A DNA stretch of 64,000 bases from Flaccisagitta enflata (Eukaryota), in the NCBI GenBank assembly GCA_965153355.1, contig OZ231126.1:40734001-40798000 (forward strand). The letters are read 5' to 3'. The translations under genes were made by a program, and so were the position numbers. Positions 42,327-58,530 of the stretch are shown piece after piece. The first letter of the stretch is position 1, and every line of letters starts with the position of its first letter. A model generated the notes under the pieces. It was not told the origin of the DNA. It did not search any database and was given only the letters and a program-made list of their open reading frames with translations.

Positions 42327-43678
42327 ATGAAAGAAAAAAAGAAAGAAATACAAAGAGCGTATTTGCCACATTTTCCCATATTTCTCTATGTGAGAATAGT
42401 GAGGAATTTTGTTCCGCTTGTCGTACCGATCGACAGCCAGCCAGCCAGACAGACAGACAGACAGAAAGACAGTCAGACAGAGCGGCAGACAGACAGAAAG
42501 AAACCTAGATGGACAGATGGAAGAACTGGCAGAAAGTGGACGGAAGGAGAGGTCGACAACGACGGAGCAATGAGACAAGGGATCATTATCCGAGTGGATT
42601 GCAGAATTGCAGGTCTCTTTGGAGCCACCTCTTCTTCCGCTTCCTCATCTTGCTCCTTCTCTTCCTTATCTTTTCTGCCTCCTTTGTGTCGCAGCCACGC
42701 GTGAGGAATGGACTTCAATGACACCCCCCCCCCCAAAAAAAAGGGTTGGTATAGATTGTCGTTCACGAGAGAGGGAGCGGTATGAGGTGATGCTCACAGG
42801 AGAGGCAGAGAGAGGTCTAAAATGACACCTACCGGAGACGGCGCGGTTAAAAAGTGATGCCAAATGGGAAGGCAGTGGAATAGAGTGACGCCTATGTTAC
42901 AGGAAAGGAAGCGGCATAAAGTTACGCCCACAGAGGAAGGAGTGGTGACTCACCACTGGTGAGTGCGACGCATAAAGGGGAGAAGGTGGTCAAGAGCTCG
43001 GCGTTCGCAAGCTTTTATTTCAATTGACACTTACTAGTAACGGTATGGTAAAACTTGACAGTCACGCGTGTGGAAGATGTGGAAGGGAAAGTGGGTAGCG
43101 GCCTATGTGCGCCTGACGCAGAGGGTGACGGGTTTCGGTATCAAGTGATGGTCTCAGGAAAGGGGTGAGTGGCGACTACTGAGCTACACTCATAGGGTCA
43201 TCAATTGGCGGCAATTTGGAGTAAAATTTGTAGATGCAGTTTTGTGATGCCCCTAAGAGTTAGTGGTATACCATGATGTCCTTTCGCCAGAGACGAGGGC
43301 TGGGGCGAAGAAGGTAAGAATTAAGTTCCGCTTATTGAAAGTTAATATCCCATCTAGTGAAAAAAAAGGCTTTCAACTGGTCAAGAAAAGGGTTTAAGAA
43401 AAATTACAATATTGAGTTTTAAAAGTTTAAAAAGTTCCTGTTTCTTGATATAACTATACATCGTAAAGCTTTAAATAACGTTAAAAGTTGGCTTTTACTA
43501 AAAGTTTTAGTCATGTTTTTTTGGTCCGTTCAACCATCCATAACGCTGTCCGTCACTCGTCATATTTGCAGATCACGGCAAATTTTGTATCACTGCCCTT
43601 GCGAAAATGCAGTCCCCCCTTCGTTGCCCCCATCAACCCAAGCGCGAATAAACAACAACGACAACGACAACGACGACG

Positions 43679-43781
<103 letters not shown>

Positions 43782-43785
43782 CGAG

Positions 43786-44022
<237 letters not shown>

Positions 44023-44166
44023 CCTGAGCATCAGTTTCACATACGCAAGTGCGCGAAAGTGAGACAGCATCTGGCATTTGACCGCAGCGACAATGTCAAT
44101 ATGAGAATCGATTTGAATCTGAGTACAGCATCATGCTGAGTATGAGTGAGATAAAAACAAACCGGG

Positions 44167-44514
<348 letters not shown>

Positions 44515-44787
44515 ACAAACACTGATTATCGGCAAAAAGATGAGGAGGAAATATCGATTTTCGAAAGTCAATGCGGACTACTTGTGCAAGAGAAGTAACC
44601 AAATAATTCCTCAAAAATCACCAACACAAGAGCGAAAAGGTAAGTCGAACGTAAGCAAGCTCAACACTGTCACAGGGCGACTGTCGCCGCCGGTTGGGCT
44701 AGGGCAATAACACATCTGACCGCACATAGACACCAAAGAATGACTTAAACCCCCATCTTTGTCTCTCTCTCTGTCTCTATCTCTGAC

Positions 44788-44880
<93 letters not shown>

Positions 44881-45645
44881 CTTAATATCAAGGATTCTTA
44901 GGAATTGTAACAAGGCCGTATACACGGCTACCGAAGTCGCATGCGGGTGGGTAGAAGCAGTGATGAAAAAGGTTATTCGAGCAATTGGGCAGGAGCAGTA
45001 ACGCAAAAAAACGCCGGTAAACGCTGAAAAAAGCTAACGCGAACCGACTGACCAACTGACCGGCGGATCGACCGACTGACATAGCGGGTCATAGAGTCGC
45101 GTAGCACGCGACTAAAAATGGGAGATCTTACGGGAATGAGATGAGAAAATGGAAAAATGTAAGAGAGGGGATTTGAGAAAACTGTACTACATGGTTAAGC
45201 TGCCTTATAGCTTTCTATGATAATATAGATTTAGTATGAACATAGCAGTCTTTGGTGGTGTGAACATGCCTCATAATTTAATACGCCTTGATATCATGGT
45301 TCCACCGTATTTTTATAGGTGACTTAACCTGAATCTCTTCCTCTAACTTGGAAACGCGTAGGTGATATAAAAAGGTATCCATCAGAACCTCTATAATGAA
45401 AGATATATGATGATCATAACTATTTTCCTGGAAAAGTATGTCGAGAGAGTTACCTTAGGCTGATAAGAAATGCTGCAAGGAATGATGATGATGGATGAAT
45501 AATGTGATGCCTCCTTCGGGAGGGTATCGGCTTGGGTAGAAAAGTAAACAGAGGTAACAGAAAAAGAAACAAGGAGAGATAAAAAGAAAGAGATGGAAAA
45601 GGAAAGGAAAAGAAAGAAAAAAAGAAAGAAAGAAAGAAAGAAAGA

Positions 45646-45777
<132 letters not shown>

Positions 45778-45781
45778 ATGA

Positions 45782-45813
<32 letters not shown>

Positions 45814-47020
45814 CAGAAAGAATGAAAGAAAGAAAGAAAGAAAGAAAGAAAGAGAAAGAGAGAGAAAGAGTATGAAAGAAAGAACAAATGAACGAATGAA
45901 AAGGAAGTCGCTTGTAGAATCTCCATCAAAAACGAGAACGACTGAACGAAAGAAAGGGAAGTCGCTTGTAGAATCTCTATCAAAAACGAGAGCATTGATG
46001 GAAATGTCAAATGATTGTCACAGAGTTATTGAGAATGCCATTGCGACCAGAACTGCTTGGATGGAGCGATTAAGCAATTCCATTTAAAGCAAGACTACAT
46101 TATCTTTTTTTTAAATCGCTCAGTCGTGTGCTCACAACTCTAGAAACCGTCCATCCAACGTTCACTCATTGGTTGGACAGTCAGTCCGTCTGTCCTCCAT
46201 ACCTATCAATTTAGCCGCTGCTCTAGCCAAAGTGCCTTACTGGCCTCCGACTTCACGGCTGTTTCCCAATACACGCGCACGAGTCTAGGATAGCCGTGTA
46301 TTTGGGTTTGAAACAAGGTGGTGAGTGTGAATCTTTGTGAAAGTGATTGAGGTTGTTGTGAAAGAGTGTAGGAGGCGAGTCGAGGTCAATGGTTCAAATG
46401 CTGAACCATCATGGGATTGAGTCTATAAATTTCAGCTTGAGTTGAGAGCGTGTTCTTCGTGCTCTATAACGATGATTCCAAAACACATGGTATAATTATT
46501 GGCTTTTCCAGTTGCATTGGGACGCAAGGGTCTTGGAATCTATTGCATATGGCAGTAAAAACAAGATTTTCTGAGAAGTGGTCTTGAAACGTAGTATGAA
46601 GTATGAAGTGGACAAGTTGGTTTTTATAGGACAAGAAAAAAAGTGGATCAACCGGTGTCTAGATATATGTTTTAGCAATTTTTTGACCACCACAGCTTGA
46701 AAGGACATCAAATTTACTGCATTAGGCAGTGTGAAGTCGAATGTTGAAGCAACGTCCTGACACCACAGTGTGGAAAGATAGAAAAACATCAAATGATCTG
46801 CATCACGCAGTATGAACGCATTTGTTTGAGGCAAGGTCATGAAACGCCGCAGTTCGGATTCTAAATTTGGTGTGGATGAGGGAAAAAGCCTTAAAAACGT
46901 CAAGGAAAAATCTGGAACGATTAAGGCTCAGTGCGAGGGCTTTGATTCTATGTGGAACTCTGAAAATACAGTGAAAATACAGTGAAAATTGCGATCTGGC
47001 TTGAAAGCTGTGAAATTATT

Positions 47021-47113
<93 letters not shown>

Positions 47114-47256
47114 AAGTGGATTATTTGAATCAAAACCTCATCATCACCAAAAGAAAAAAAATGAATGAAATTCTGAAATGCCCTTAGGATTAGGTCAATC
47201 CTCGGCTATCAGTCTTAAGTTACCAAGACAGTTTGTTCTTGTGCAAGTATATGTAT

Positions 47257-47305
<49 letters not shown>

Positions 47306-47885
47306 CTCTCTTTCCGTCTCTCTTTCCGTCTCTCCGTCTCTCCATATTTTGAGTCTCTATCAGAAGAACCCCCCAGGCTGGGACCGGATCAAGGTCTCCT
47401 AGGGTCAAAGGTTAGAAAGGAGAGATGGAAGTGGGAGGAGGCAAAAGAGGCAAAAGAGGAGGAAGGGGAAGAAGAAGGGGAAGAAGAGAAAGAAGGGCAG
47501 GAGGAACTAGTCATCCAAGGATCGCACATGGTCAGCGGTACCCGATGCCCTGCTTGGAGTGGTTACCTGCAGAGGTGGAGTGAGAGCAGGGCAGCGGCCC
47601 CAAAGGGGGGTGAATTTCCGGACGTCCTGAGAAGGCACATTTGAGGTCTTTGGGGCTACTTTCTTTGTTATTCAATGAGAACATTGAATTTTTTTCCATT
47701 TCATTGTCAATTTTCCATGATATTCAATAGGGATTTGCCATATTTTTTATTCAATGGGAATTTCATATTTTTTTCATTTCTTTATCAATTTTCCATGTTA
47801 TTCAATGGGAATTTTGCATTTCTTAAATTTTCCATGCTATCCAATGGGAACATGAGGCTCAGAAGCTTTGGCGGGGGGGGGGGGA

Positions 47886-48190
47886 CAGACGGACGGACGG
47901 ACGGACGGACGGACCGATGGACGGACGGATGGATGGACGGACGGACGGATGGACGGACGGACGGACGGATGGACGGACGGACGGACGGACGGACGGATGG
48001 ACGGACGGACGGACGGACGGACGGACGGACGGACGGACGGATGGACGGACGGACGGACGGACGGACGGACGGACGGATGGACGGACGGACGGACGGACGG
48101 ACGGACGGACGGACGGATGGACGGACGGATGGACGGACGGACGGACAGATGGACAGACAGATGGACGGATGGACAGACGGACGGATGGAT
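47886..48190. repeat. (GGAC)n expansion inside a family A element
   Basis: Seen directly. Confidence 0.95.
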
Positions 48191-49163
48191 AGATGGAAAT
48201 TCACCCCTGTGTCCTACAGGACATCGCCCCTTTGGGGCCGCCGCCCAAAAAGGAGGAAGATGAGGGGAAAACGGAGGTGATGGAGGAGAAAAAGGCGGAG
48301 AAGACGGCGTGACAAACTTGCATAACCTTTTTAAATCGGAGACTGTTAAGGGAGGAAATGGATAGAAGGAGGAAAGAAGAGGAAGATATAAAAAATGACA
48401 AGTTGCTCGTGTAAGACATAGTCTGTGTTACCCATTGTCAATTGGTGTAATTTTTTATGGGTATAGTGAGAATGGATCATTATTAGCATTTAGCATTTTT
48501 TGAAAAAGACAACCCCCTCGAGGGGCCTTCCTCAAAAAAAAAAAAATGATTTGTTTGCTGCCCCATAATGAAGTCGAACTTAAGGCCTGTCATATAGTCT
48601 TTGTGAAGACATAGATTTGGTCTCAAGGGTGATTTTCATGTTCACGAATGACTCATGATGAGTCTAAGAAGGTCGAATGTATTGGGTCAATAGCAATAAG
48701 AACGCTATCATCAAAAGAAAAAAGAACGAATCAAAGCCGGATATTTACACAGCTTCCCAAGTTGTGCACGGATGGGCGGGGCCGAGATGAAATAGCCATA
48801 TCAAGCATTGGGCAAGGGCAGTGATGCAAAGATTTCTCATAAACGCCCCATAAAGCAAGGTATTACACTCGGACTAACTGACTAACGGACCAACCAACAG
48901 ATCAACCGAAATGACGGATTGTAGAGTCGCGTACACGCGCCTGAAAAATACTCACAAAATATGGGGCAATATGAATAAAAAAAGAGATCAGAAAGTGAAT
49001 ATCGGTAGCCAAGAGAGAACGACAGGAAGCATGTGCAGTAGATTTTCTTTGCGGTATAACACATGAAAAATCGATAATGGTAAAAGATAAGTATGGTATT
49101 TTCTACATAAAGCACGTGCAACTTTCTCCGCACAGAATACTATTGGATAAAACTAAATTGAAT

Positions 49164-49759
49164 TACTATCTAGGCGGAAAAAATCTTTCGTCTCCTAACA
49201 AAAACATTGTTATTGGCGTAGAAATGAATACAAATCAATTACAAATCCATCAATAATTAGTGTGAGCTCCCTTTGACTGAATCAGAGCAGCCATTTAATT
49301 TGGAAGCAATTTGTAGAGCTGTTCGAGATACTCAGGACCGAAGGCTTTCCAGATCTTTCTCAGGAATTTTTTTATCTATTCTTTTGTTACATTTGGACTC
49401 ACAGCATCCAAAAGAATCATCAAATCATAGAAAAATCAGTGACTTAAATAAAGCCCTTCAAATTTTCAAGCAGGTGACGCAAATCGCATCTGTCTAGCTC
49501 AAGGCGTTTAGAAGTAATCATAAAAAGAGTGAAATTATATCATAAGAAGATTGTGTCAAACTGGCATAAGTGAAACTGAAGTATTTCAATCAAAGTTGAA
49601 TAGCTTTTGAATGCATAGAGCTAGAAGGATGCGGTTTGCGTCAATCTCTTGAAAATTTGAAGGGCTTTATTTTTCTCACCAATTTTTTGATAATTGGTTG
49701 ATTTTAACCTGAGATATGCATGTAAATGTACCGAAAGATTTTTTTCCGCCTAGATAGTA
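49164..49759. mobile_element. TA-flanked MITE with terminal and internal inverted repeats
   Basis: TACTATCTAGGCGGAAAAAATCTTTCG (49164-49190) mirrored at 49732-49759 with one indel; internal pair AAATAAAGCCCTTCAAATTTTCAAG (~49447-49470 / 49648-49672). Confidence 0.8.
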
Positions 49760-51891
49760 CCTGCGGCGGCGTGAAGCGCTGATTTATATTGTTAACAAAC
49801 ACCGGTCGGCATATGTTATGTTACTTAACTTCAAATCCACAGTTCCAGAAAACAGTGCCCCTGATCCCACCACCAAATCACCTCTCTATAACCAGCAATT
49901 TACAATGAAGAAACTGCAAAACGTAGTTTGAGCCTGCGACTGCATTTGGTTACATTTGATTTGCATATTCGCATCATTTCGATATCGATGTACTGCTATT
50001 TTGAAGTTAATGACACTTTGTAAAAAAAAGTTTCGAAGTGGTGCTATGACGCCGTTACATACTCACCAACAAAAGTAGTCGCAAAAGCGGTACCCGTGCC
50101 CTGCCTTAGTAGGTTCTGCTTAAAGTTGAGGGGGAGAAGAGCAGCAGCCTATGCTTGCACACAGGGAAGTTTTCTCCTTCTCCTTCTCCTCCTTCTCCTC
50201 CTTACACCCCCCTACTCAAATCCTAGCCTCAAGGCCCCAATCCCAGTCTCGAGGCCCATATCTCAGTCTCGAGGCCCAAATCCCAGTCTCAAGACTAAAA
50301 TCCTACCCTTGAGGCTGGGATTAAGGCCTCATGGGTGGGATTTGGGCCTGAAGAATGGGATTTGAGCCTTGAGGATTGGATTTGAGCCTCGAAGCTTGGA
50401 TTTAGACCTTGAGACTGGGATCTGAGCCTCGAGGCTGGGATTTTGGCCTTGTGGGTGGAATTTGCGCCTTGAGAATGGGATTTCAGCCTAAAGACTTGGA
50501 TTTAGACCTTGAGACTGGGATTTTGGCCTCGAGACGGGGATTTGGGCTTGTAGGCTAGGATTTGAGTGGGGGGGACAGACGTAGGAGAAGAACAAGTCAT
50601 CCAAGGATCGCACATGGTCAGCGGTACCCGATGCCCTGCTTGGAGTGATTAGCTGAAGAAGTGGAGTGAGAGCAGGGCAGCGGCCCCAAAGGGCCGATGT
50701 CCTGTAGGACACAGGGGTGAACCGTTACGTCTGTCTGACATATTATTCAATGAGAATTTGAGGTCTGAGAGGCTGGATTTGAGGCCCAAGAGGCTGGATT
50801 TGAGGCCCAAGAGGCTGGATTTGAGGCCCAAGAGGCTGGATTTGAGGCTAGAGAGGCTGGATTTGAGGCCTGAGAGGCTGTATTTGAGGCCTGAGAGGCT
50901 CGATTTGAGGCCTGAGAGGCTGGATTTGAGGCCTTGTGGGTGGAATTTGCGCCTTGAGAATGGGATTTGAGCCTAAAGACTTGGATTTAGACCTTGAGAC
51001 TGGGATTTTGGCCTCGAGACGGGGATTTGGGCTTGTAGGCTAGGATTTGAGTGGGGGGGGACAGACGTAGGAGAAGAAAAAGAAGGAGAAAATTCCCCTG
51101 TGTTAAAGCATACGTCATCGACCCCTTCGGGGCCGCTGCCCGAAAATGACGGATAAATTGTATTCTTGGAATTTAGGAAAACAAATCAGTAATCTTTTGA
51201 TCCAGAGAAGCTAAAAGGACATAGAAGACGCATCCATAACGCCTCAGAGCATTATTTTTTTAGCATCGGTCCCAAAGGGGACAAAGACCTGTAAAACAGG
51301 GTGACTTCCACCCATTTGTTTGGTTGTCCGTTCATTCACCTGTCCAACCCCACTCCCCTCCTCTCTGGCCTTGAATCAGGCTTCTCAGGCCTGAAATCAG
51401 CTCTCCCAGGCTTAAAAACATCTAATTCCCCTTTCAGGCCTGAAAGCAGTGCTCTCAAGCCTCAACTCACCCCTCTTAAAATATGAATTAGCCCTCTCCA
51501 GCCTTGAATCAGCCATCAGCCTTGTCATACCCTAAATCAGCCCTCTAAGGATTCAAAATAGTTTGTGTCTCCTACCTTTAGCCGCATGCTAGGCAAATCA
51601 ATAGGCCACTTTTTGGTCAGTTGGTCCGTTGGTCCGTCGCTCCATCACATTTGATTCAGCGCTTTCTTTTTTGCGTTGCTCACTAACAGACAAGTAAGAA
51701 ATCATGAATGTGTACGTATATCTTTACATGCTGCAAAACTGCAACAGTCCATCCATTTTTTTATTTGATAGATGACGAATTCCTAAGAATTATGTCTTTT
51801 TGAGTGCTTGATGATTCGTCTTTTGTCAACTGGCTGGTCGTTTGTCTAAAGTTTTTTTACCCTTTTTCCCATCTTCAATCTCCTGAACATT

Positions 51892-51968
<77 letters not shown>

Positions 51969-53010
51969 AAGGTAGACAGATAGGCAGTGAGACGAAAAGC
52001 TAAAGGGAAACGGACAGATCAGAAATGATAAGATAAAGTTGGAAGAAAAGGGGAAGAGTTTGGGAAGGTTAAATGATCAAATGGGGGCCATGTTTACCTC
52101 CAATGAGTTCTGCCCTGTTTATGCCAAGTCTCAGAGCAAAGAGTGCATACACAAAAACTTCAGAAAGTGTCATTGATTGAGTTGCTTGCAATTCTTGGAC
52201 AATGGGTGCTTAGTATGCATGGTGCACACAAGCACTTTCTGGTGTCATTAAGTTGCTCTGTTTATACAATCTCTGAAAAAAAGTCTAAACAGTGTCAATT
52301 TTTTGCTTGCTCTGTTGGTTTTATGCCGAATCTTTGAACAATGAGGCAATTGCCCACTAGACATCATTTCTATTGTCACTTAGATTCTTGCTCTATGCTT
52401 TGATACTCAACAAGCTTCTTCTTCAACCATTTGGCTGACTTGTTCACTTACATACATAGTACATTCATATTCCAACGCTTGGCTTGAAAAAAAAAGAAAA
52501 AAACATTGCCAAAAATGAATACGGCACAAGGGCAGAACCCCAGATATGCACATGATGAGCACATGATGAATTGAGAAGAGCTTAAAGGCTACTGCAACCT
52601 AAATAGCGCAAGATAACTTAAGACAGTTTTCAAAAATACAGCGGCGAAATAAGATGGCGAAGGAGGTTGTACACGCATAATTTTTCTACTCTAGGAACAC
52701 TCCAGAGACAGCACCACACCCACCAGCCCAAGGCTTAATGTTACAGATGTTGGCTTAATGTACTTTTAACGACGTTATCATTCAAATGGTATGGCAAAAC
52801 ATTGTCTAGGTGATACGATCATCTTTCCCATGACGATTAGTAGATTGACCTCTTTTGACCATGACTAAGATTTGAGTCAATAGTACTGGTGAAATTCTAG
52901 AATAAGAATCTAACTGGGTAACAGTCACGTTCCTCATGCAATATCAACCCACATTGTAACAAAATCGCTTCATCACATGATCAGATAATTTCATAAAAAA
53001 ATTAGTAGAG

Positions 53011-53101
<91 letters not shown>

Positions 53102-53108
53102 ATTAATT

Positions 53109-53212
<104 letters not shown>

Positions 53213-53351
53213 AATGTTGTTGATATTTTGGTTTGTGATGTTGCTGCAAAAGCTTTTGTTGTTGTGTTGATTTTGATGGAGGAAAACAACCTTTTGCAGG
53301 AAAAGCTAATTTTTCTCCTGAGAGGCAAGTGTGAATTTGAGAAAAAGAACA

Positions 53352-53432
<81 letters not shown>

Positions 53433-53599
53433 GTTTCACTCTCTCTCTTTTCTCTGTCTCTGTCTCTGTCTCTGTTATTTACTCTCTCACTTTTCCTCTT
53501 CTTTCTCACACACTCACTCACTCACTCACTCACTCCTTGGCTGCCTTTGGCGGGTTTCTTTCGACTTCATCTCCTTTGGGAGATGGATGATTTAACATG

Positions 53600-53853
53600 T
53601 TGAAAACGGATGATGATGACGACGGTTTTTCACTTACACAACCCAAATGTGCTTTGAAAACGAATGATGATGACGACGGTTTTTCACTTACACAACCCAA
53701 ATGTGCTTTGAAAACGGATGATGATGACAACGGTTTTTCGCATACACAACCAAAATGTGCTTTGAAAACGAATGATGATGACGACGGTTTTTCACTTACA
53801 CATCCCAAATGTGCTTTAAAAACGAATGATGATAGATGGTTTTCACTTACACA
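53600..53853. repeat. 54-bp minisatellite, ~4.7 copies
   Basis: Unit TGAAAACGRATGATGATGACGACGGTTTTTCACTTACACAACCCAAATGTGCTT; a partial echo near 54122-54153. Confidence 0.93.
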
Positions 53854-54371
53854 AGCTACGTTTCTAGTCCCGGACACGCAACTTTGCTCTTTGCTGTGTC
53901 GGTCGGTCTATTGCATCGGTCCATCGGTCGATTCTGAAATAAAGCCTTTTCTTGTTTTTGATTAGTTATAGGTTATAGGTTAAACGGTAGCTTTGTAGTA
54001 CTGTAGTACTGCCGCTTCCCACCAGTCCACAACTTTTTCACTGTCTTGGGCTTGTTGTCCAAGAATTCACTAACTCAAGGAGTCAAGGGTTCAGTATGGT
54101 TCAACATGGCTAAAGTGCGTCAAAAACATGACGACAGTTTTTCACTTGCACAAGTTGTTTACGCATTCAAGGGTTCGCTTGCACGAGCGTGACATGAGTG
54201 CATCAACATAAATTTGAGCGCTTGAAATACAGAAGAAAGCTGATGAAAATGACAAACGTTTACATTCATGTTTTTAGATGCGTCCTCGCATCTCTATAAG
54301 AGGGTCTGTCCCTAAGTAGGTCTGTCTGTCTGAGTGAAATAGGAAAATTTCAAAACGCGATATTCAAGGTT

Positions 54372-54896
54372 TTCTCTTCATTTCTCTTCATGTATCTTCT
54401 TGTCTCTTATATTTCTTTTGTCTCTTTCATCTCTTTTGTCTCTTTTGTCTCTTTTGTCTCCTATATGTCTCTTATGTCTCCTATATGTCTCCTATATCTC
54501 TTATTTTTTTTCTCTTATGTATCTTAGGTCTCTTTTGTCTCCTTTGTCTCTTATGTCTCTTATGTGTCTTATGTCTCTACATCTCCTTTGTCTCCTATAT
54601 GTCTCCTATATGTCTCTTATGTCTCCTTTATGTCTCATATGTCTCTTATGTCTCTTATATCTCTTATATCTCTTATATCTCTTATATCTCTTATGTCTCT
54701 TATCTCTTATATCTCTCAAGTCTCTTATGTCTCTTATGTCTCTTATGTCTCTTATGTCTCTTATGTCTCTTATGTCTCTTATGTCTCTTGTGTTTCTTAT
54801 GTCTCTTATGTCTCTTCATGTCTCTAAATGTCTCCTCATGTTTCCTCATGTCTCTCCATATCTCTCCATGTCTTCCAAGTCGCTTCATGTCTCTTT
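54372..54896. repeat. 9-bp tandem repeat (ATGTCTCTT)n followed by a G-rich tract
   Basis: Seen directly; G-rich tract at ~54900-55060. Confidence 0.92.
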
Positions 54897-55346
54897 GTGA
54901 GGATGAGGCGTGGGGTGTAGGGGAGGCGTTGGTGGGGGAGGGGTGGGTAGGCGTGGGGGGGAGGGGTGGGGAGGCGTGGGGGGGAGGGGTGGGGGGGCGT
55001 GCGGGAAGGCGTGGGGAGGTGTGGGGGGGGGGGGAGAGGTGGAGAGGCGTGGGGGGAGAGAGATGAATCAGTTTATATTTATTATCTATATATCTTAATG
55101 ATTTCTATGACGCACTGAAAATTAAACCGGAAGAACTTACCCAGAGGACATAATTACCATTTCCATCACTGATTTTGCTCCAGTCAATATCTCTATCATT
55201 TTTTTCCAACCTTGACATGTTAAGTTATTAAGAATCTCCATTCTGTAATCGCCATATGAGATAAATGCATAATGATTAAGAGAAATTTGATGATAAAGTG
55301 CCAAAAAAGTGAAGAAATTATTTACAATCATCTCATTTATACTTAG

Positions 55347-55483
55347 ACAGAATTACAAATTTGCATAGAAAATGAAAATATCAACAAAATAAGAACATAG
55401 CGCGCTCAGTACATGATTTAGGAAGCGCGCTATGTTCTTATTTTGTTGATATTTTGATTTTTTATGCAAATTTGTAATTCTGT
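55347..55483. repeat. 60-bp-arm palindrome with 17-bp spacer
   Basis: 55347-55406 and 55424-55483 are near-perfect reverse complements. Confidence 0.9.
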
Positions 55484-56020
55484 GTAGGTCATGGTAGAAT
55501 TACAAATTGAATTTTTCTATGTTTTTTGCCTATTTTTCAACGATAAAATGAGAAGTTTAGAGGTCAAAACTGGCATATGAAAGTTTATCCATGCAAAATG
55601 TATCGATTCACAACTTTATTGAAAACACTGAAGAAAACAATTTCCGCCGATTTCATTTTATAAAACTCAGGATTCATTGGGCATGGGTAGCAAATTCTAT
55701 GCTAATTTTCAGTGCGACGTATGATTATATCTTACGTCTAAAGAGGACGCATCTATTGGACATCTCTTGGCCTTGTTTACTTACAAGCACATGCGCAAAA
55801 AAAATCTGCTAAATTCCACGTCAACGCACCGTGCAAAAGCAGCAATTCAATGAGGCGGAATCAGAAATCAATTGATCGTTAAGGAATTGAGTAGAGTACC
55901 GATCGTGACCGCGTCATTCCCGACACAGTAATCGTAACCGTTTCATTCCTCGCCAAGACGTGTGATCATGATCGTGTCATTGATGGCTTAGTGATTTTGA
56001 AGGTGTCATTCGTGTCACAA

Positions 56021-56135
<115 letters not shown>

Positions 56136-57810
56136 AACAAACAAACAAACAAACAAACAAACTCACACACATGCACAATGTGCATTGCACTGCATTGCAC
56201 TTAACATACACTGGCAACAAACTCTAGTGAGGAATAGGAACACAAATCCGCCATGGAAATAGCCGATGAAACTGTTTTCTGGTTTCACAAACACTGAGAT
56301 TGTGCAATTCCCTGAATGGCGTGGAAAGAAAATTAATGGTCAGTAAGAAATGGAAAGTAGTATTCAGCCAGTGGACAAACTGGTGAAGAGTAACCCAATC
56401 ACCCTACTCACTCATTTGGAATAGGGCTCTACTCTGCACATTCCACTTGCATTTTTTGGGCAGCGGCCCAAAGGTGCCTTCCTTGCAGTACACAGTAGTG
56501 ACTTTATGTATATACGACACGGTGCAAGATCGCGTGAAATTTGGTAGTCACCAAGGAAAAAAAAACAAAATGTCATAAAATATTTTTTTTCTTCATGGTA
56601 GCATAGTATATCACTTTCTGATTACAAAACAAAAAGAATTAATGCAAAATCTATTTTAGTTAGCTAAATATTAATAATTTAATATTTAATAATGATTTTC
56701 ATAATATAATAAGATTTTTTCATATTTTTCAAGTATATTCAATAAGAAAATACTTCAAAATATTGTTAGCATATCTAATTTATATAAGATATCCAATTTT
56801 TATAAAATTCTTAATTAATTTGCTTAATTATAAGTAAAAAAAAAACAATAAAAAGCCATTTTTTTCTAATTTTTTTCATCATGTCATAATTTGATTGTTA
56901 TAATCTGGATGTTAGCTTGCAATTACACATTCAGCAGTTGTCTATAACTTCAATCATGCATACTTTGTATGCATATTCATTCATTCATTCATTCATTCAT
57001 TCATTCACTCATTCATTCATTCATTCTTTCATTTATAAATTTGATTTGATTTGATGAGATAAGATTTCAATTCAGTCATGAATAATAACTATTTTTTAAT
57101 CTGCTTTTCTCATCAATAGCAATCCTTAATTCTGAACCAAATAGAGGGCTGAGCAACCAACCGACCGACCCATCAGTCTTAAACATGGAAGGGCAGGGGC
57201 GTGGATTGAACAAATGCACATGCTGGACATCTGCACAGGACAAAAACGAGGACAGAAACACAACCAACACGGAATTGCTTGGAATGAGCAGAAGCAGTTA
57301 TTCTGGTGGACAGGGGCAGTTTTGTGGGTGGTTGGGGGCTGTTATGTAGGTGGGCACAAAAATTGGTGCATCCTTCTATTCAATCAACATACCCTCTCAA
57401 TGAGAAAGGCTCTTTTAGAGTCGCTCCCGACCAATGAATATACCCTCTGATCAGTGGCTTAGCAAGTGACTAAAACGCATTCATGAATGAATAAGGCTAA
57501 GTAGGCCAATAGGTGCGACGGTGGATCATCAAACGAATGCGTTACTAACTGACCAACCGACCAACTAACCAACCAATTAACCAACCAACTGACCAACCAA
57601 CCAACCAACCGACCAACTGAACCACAGACACAGCCAGTTATAGAGGTGCTTTGTCGCACTTAGAAAACAAGTAACGCGGGGTCTCAATATTGTCCCGGAC
57701 GGGTGGGCAGGGTCATCCAGCCCCCAGCCTTACCCCAAACCCAACTCCTAACCCCCACTCCAACACAAACACACACACACAATAACAACTGCACCATCAT
57801 AAATGCGCGT

Positions 57811-57812
57811 TT

Positions 57813-57852
<40 letters not shown>

Positions 57853-58137
57853 GTTTCTTTCCATCTTTCTTTCTTTCTCGTTTCTTTCCATCTTTCTTTT
57901 TTTTTTCTTTCTTTTGTTCTTTTTTTCTTTCTTTCTTTCTCCTTTCTTTCTCTCTTTCTTTCTTTCAATCTTTTTCTTTCTTTCTCGTTTCTTTTTTTCT
58001 CATTTCTTTCTTTCTCGTTTCTTTCTTTCTCGTTTCTTTCTTTCTCGTTTCTTTCTTTCTCGTTTCTTTCTTTCTTGTTACTTTCTTTCTCGTTTCTTTC
58101 TTTCTCATTTCTTTTTTCTTTTTTTTCTTTCTGTCCT

Positions 58138-58204
<67 letters not shown>

Positions 58205-58378
58205 CTCTTCCCATTGTTTCTTTTGTGCTTTCTTGCTTTTTTCTTTCTTTTTTTCCTGCCTCTTTCTGTCTTTCTTTTTTCTTAGTTTTTTTTTTCTTTT
58301 TTCCTCTCTATCTCTTTCTTTCTTTCTCTCTATCTCTTTCTTTCTTCCTCTCTATCTCTTTCCTTCTTCCTCTCTATC

Positions 58379-58422
<44 letters not shown>

Positions 58423-58530
58423 TTGCTTTCTTTCTTTCTTTTCTTTCTTTCTTTCTCTCTTTCTTTCTTTCTTTCTTTCTTTTTTTTTCCTTTTTCGTTT
58501 CTTTTTTTCTTCCTTTTTTGTTTCTTTTTT
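57811..58530. repeat. (TTTC)n-rich pyrimidine tract
   Basis: Seen directly; complementary (GAAA)n/(GCAA)n tracts at 42180-42345 and 45600-45880. Confidence 0.95.

Noticed and set aside
42530-43320. GC-richer unique stretch, possibly a decayed retroelement ORF1
   Set aside because: No continuous ORF or diagnostic motif that I could support.
46320-46945. 135-aa minus-strand ORF, possibly a retroelement remnant
   Set aside because: No recognisable RT or endonuclease motif and no supporting exon structure.
53597-53965. 54-bp repeat as a CRISPR array or repeat protein (LKTDDDDDGFSLTQPKCA)
   Set aside because: Head-to-tail units with no unique spacers, no cas genes, eukaryotic context, and open on both strands.
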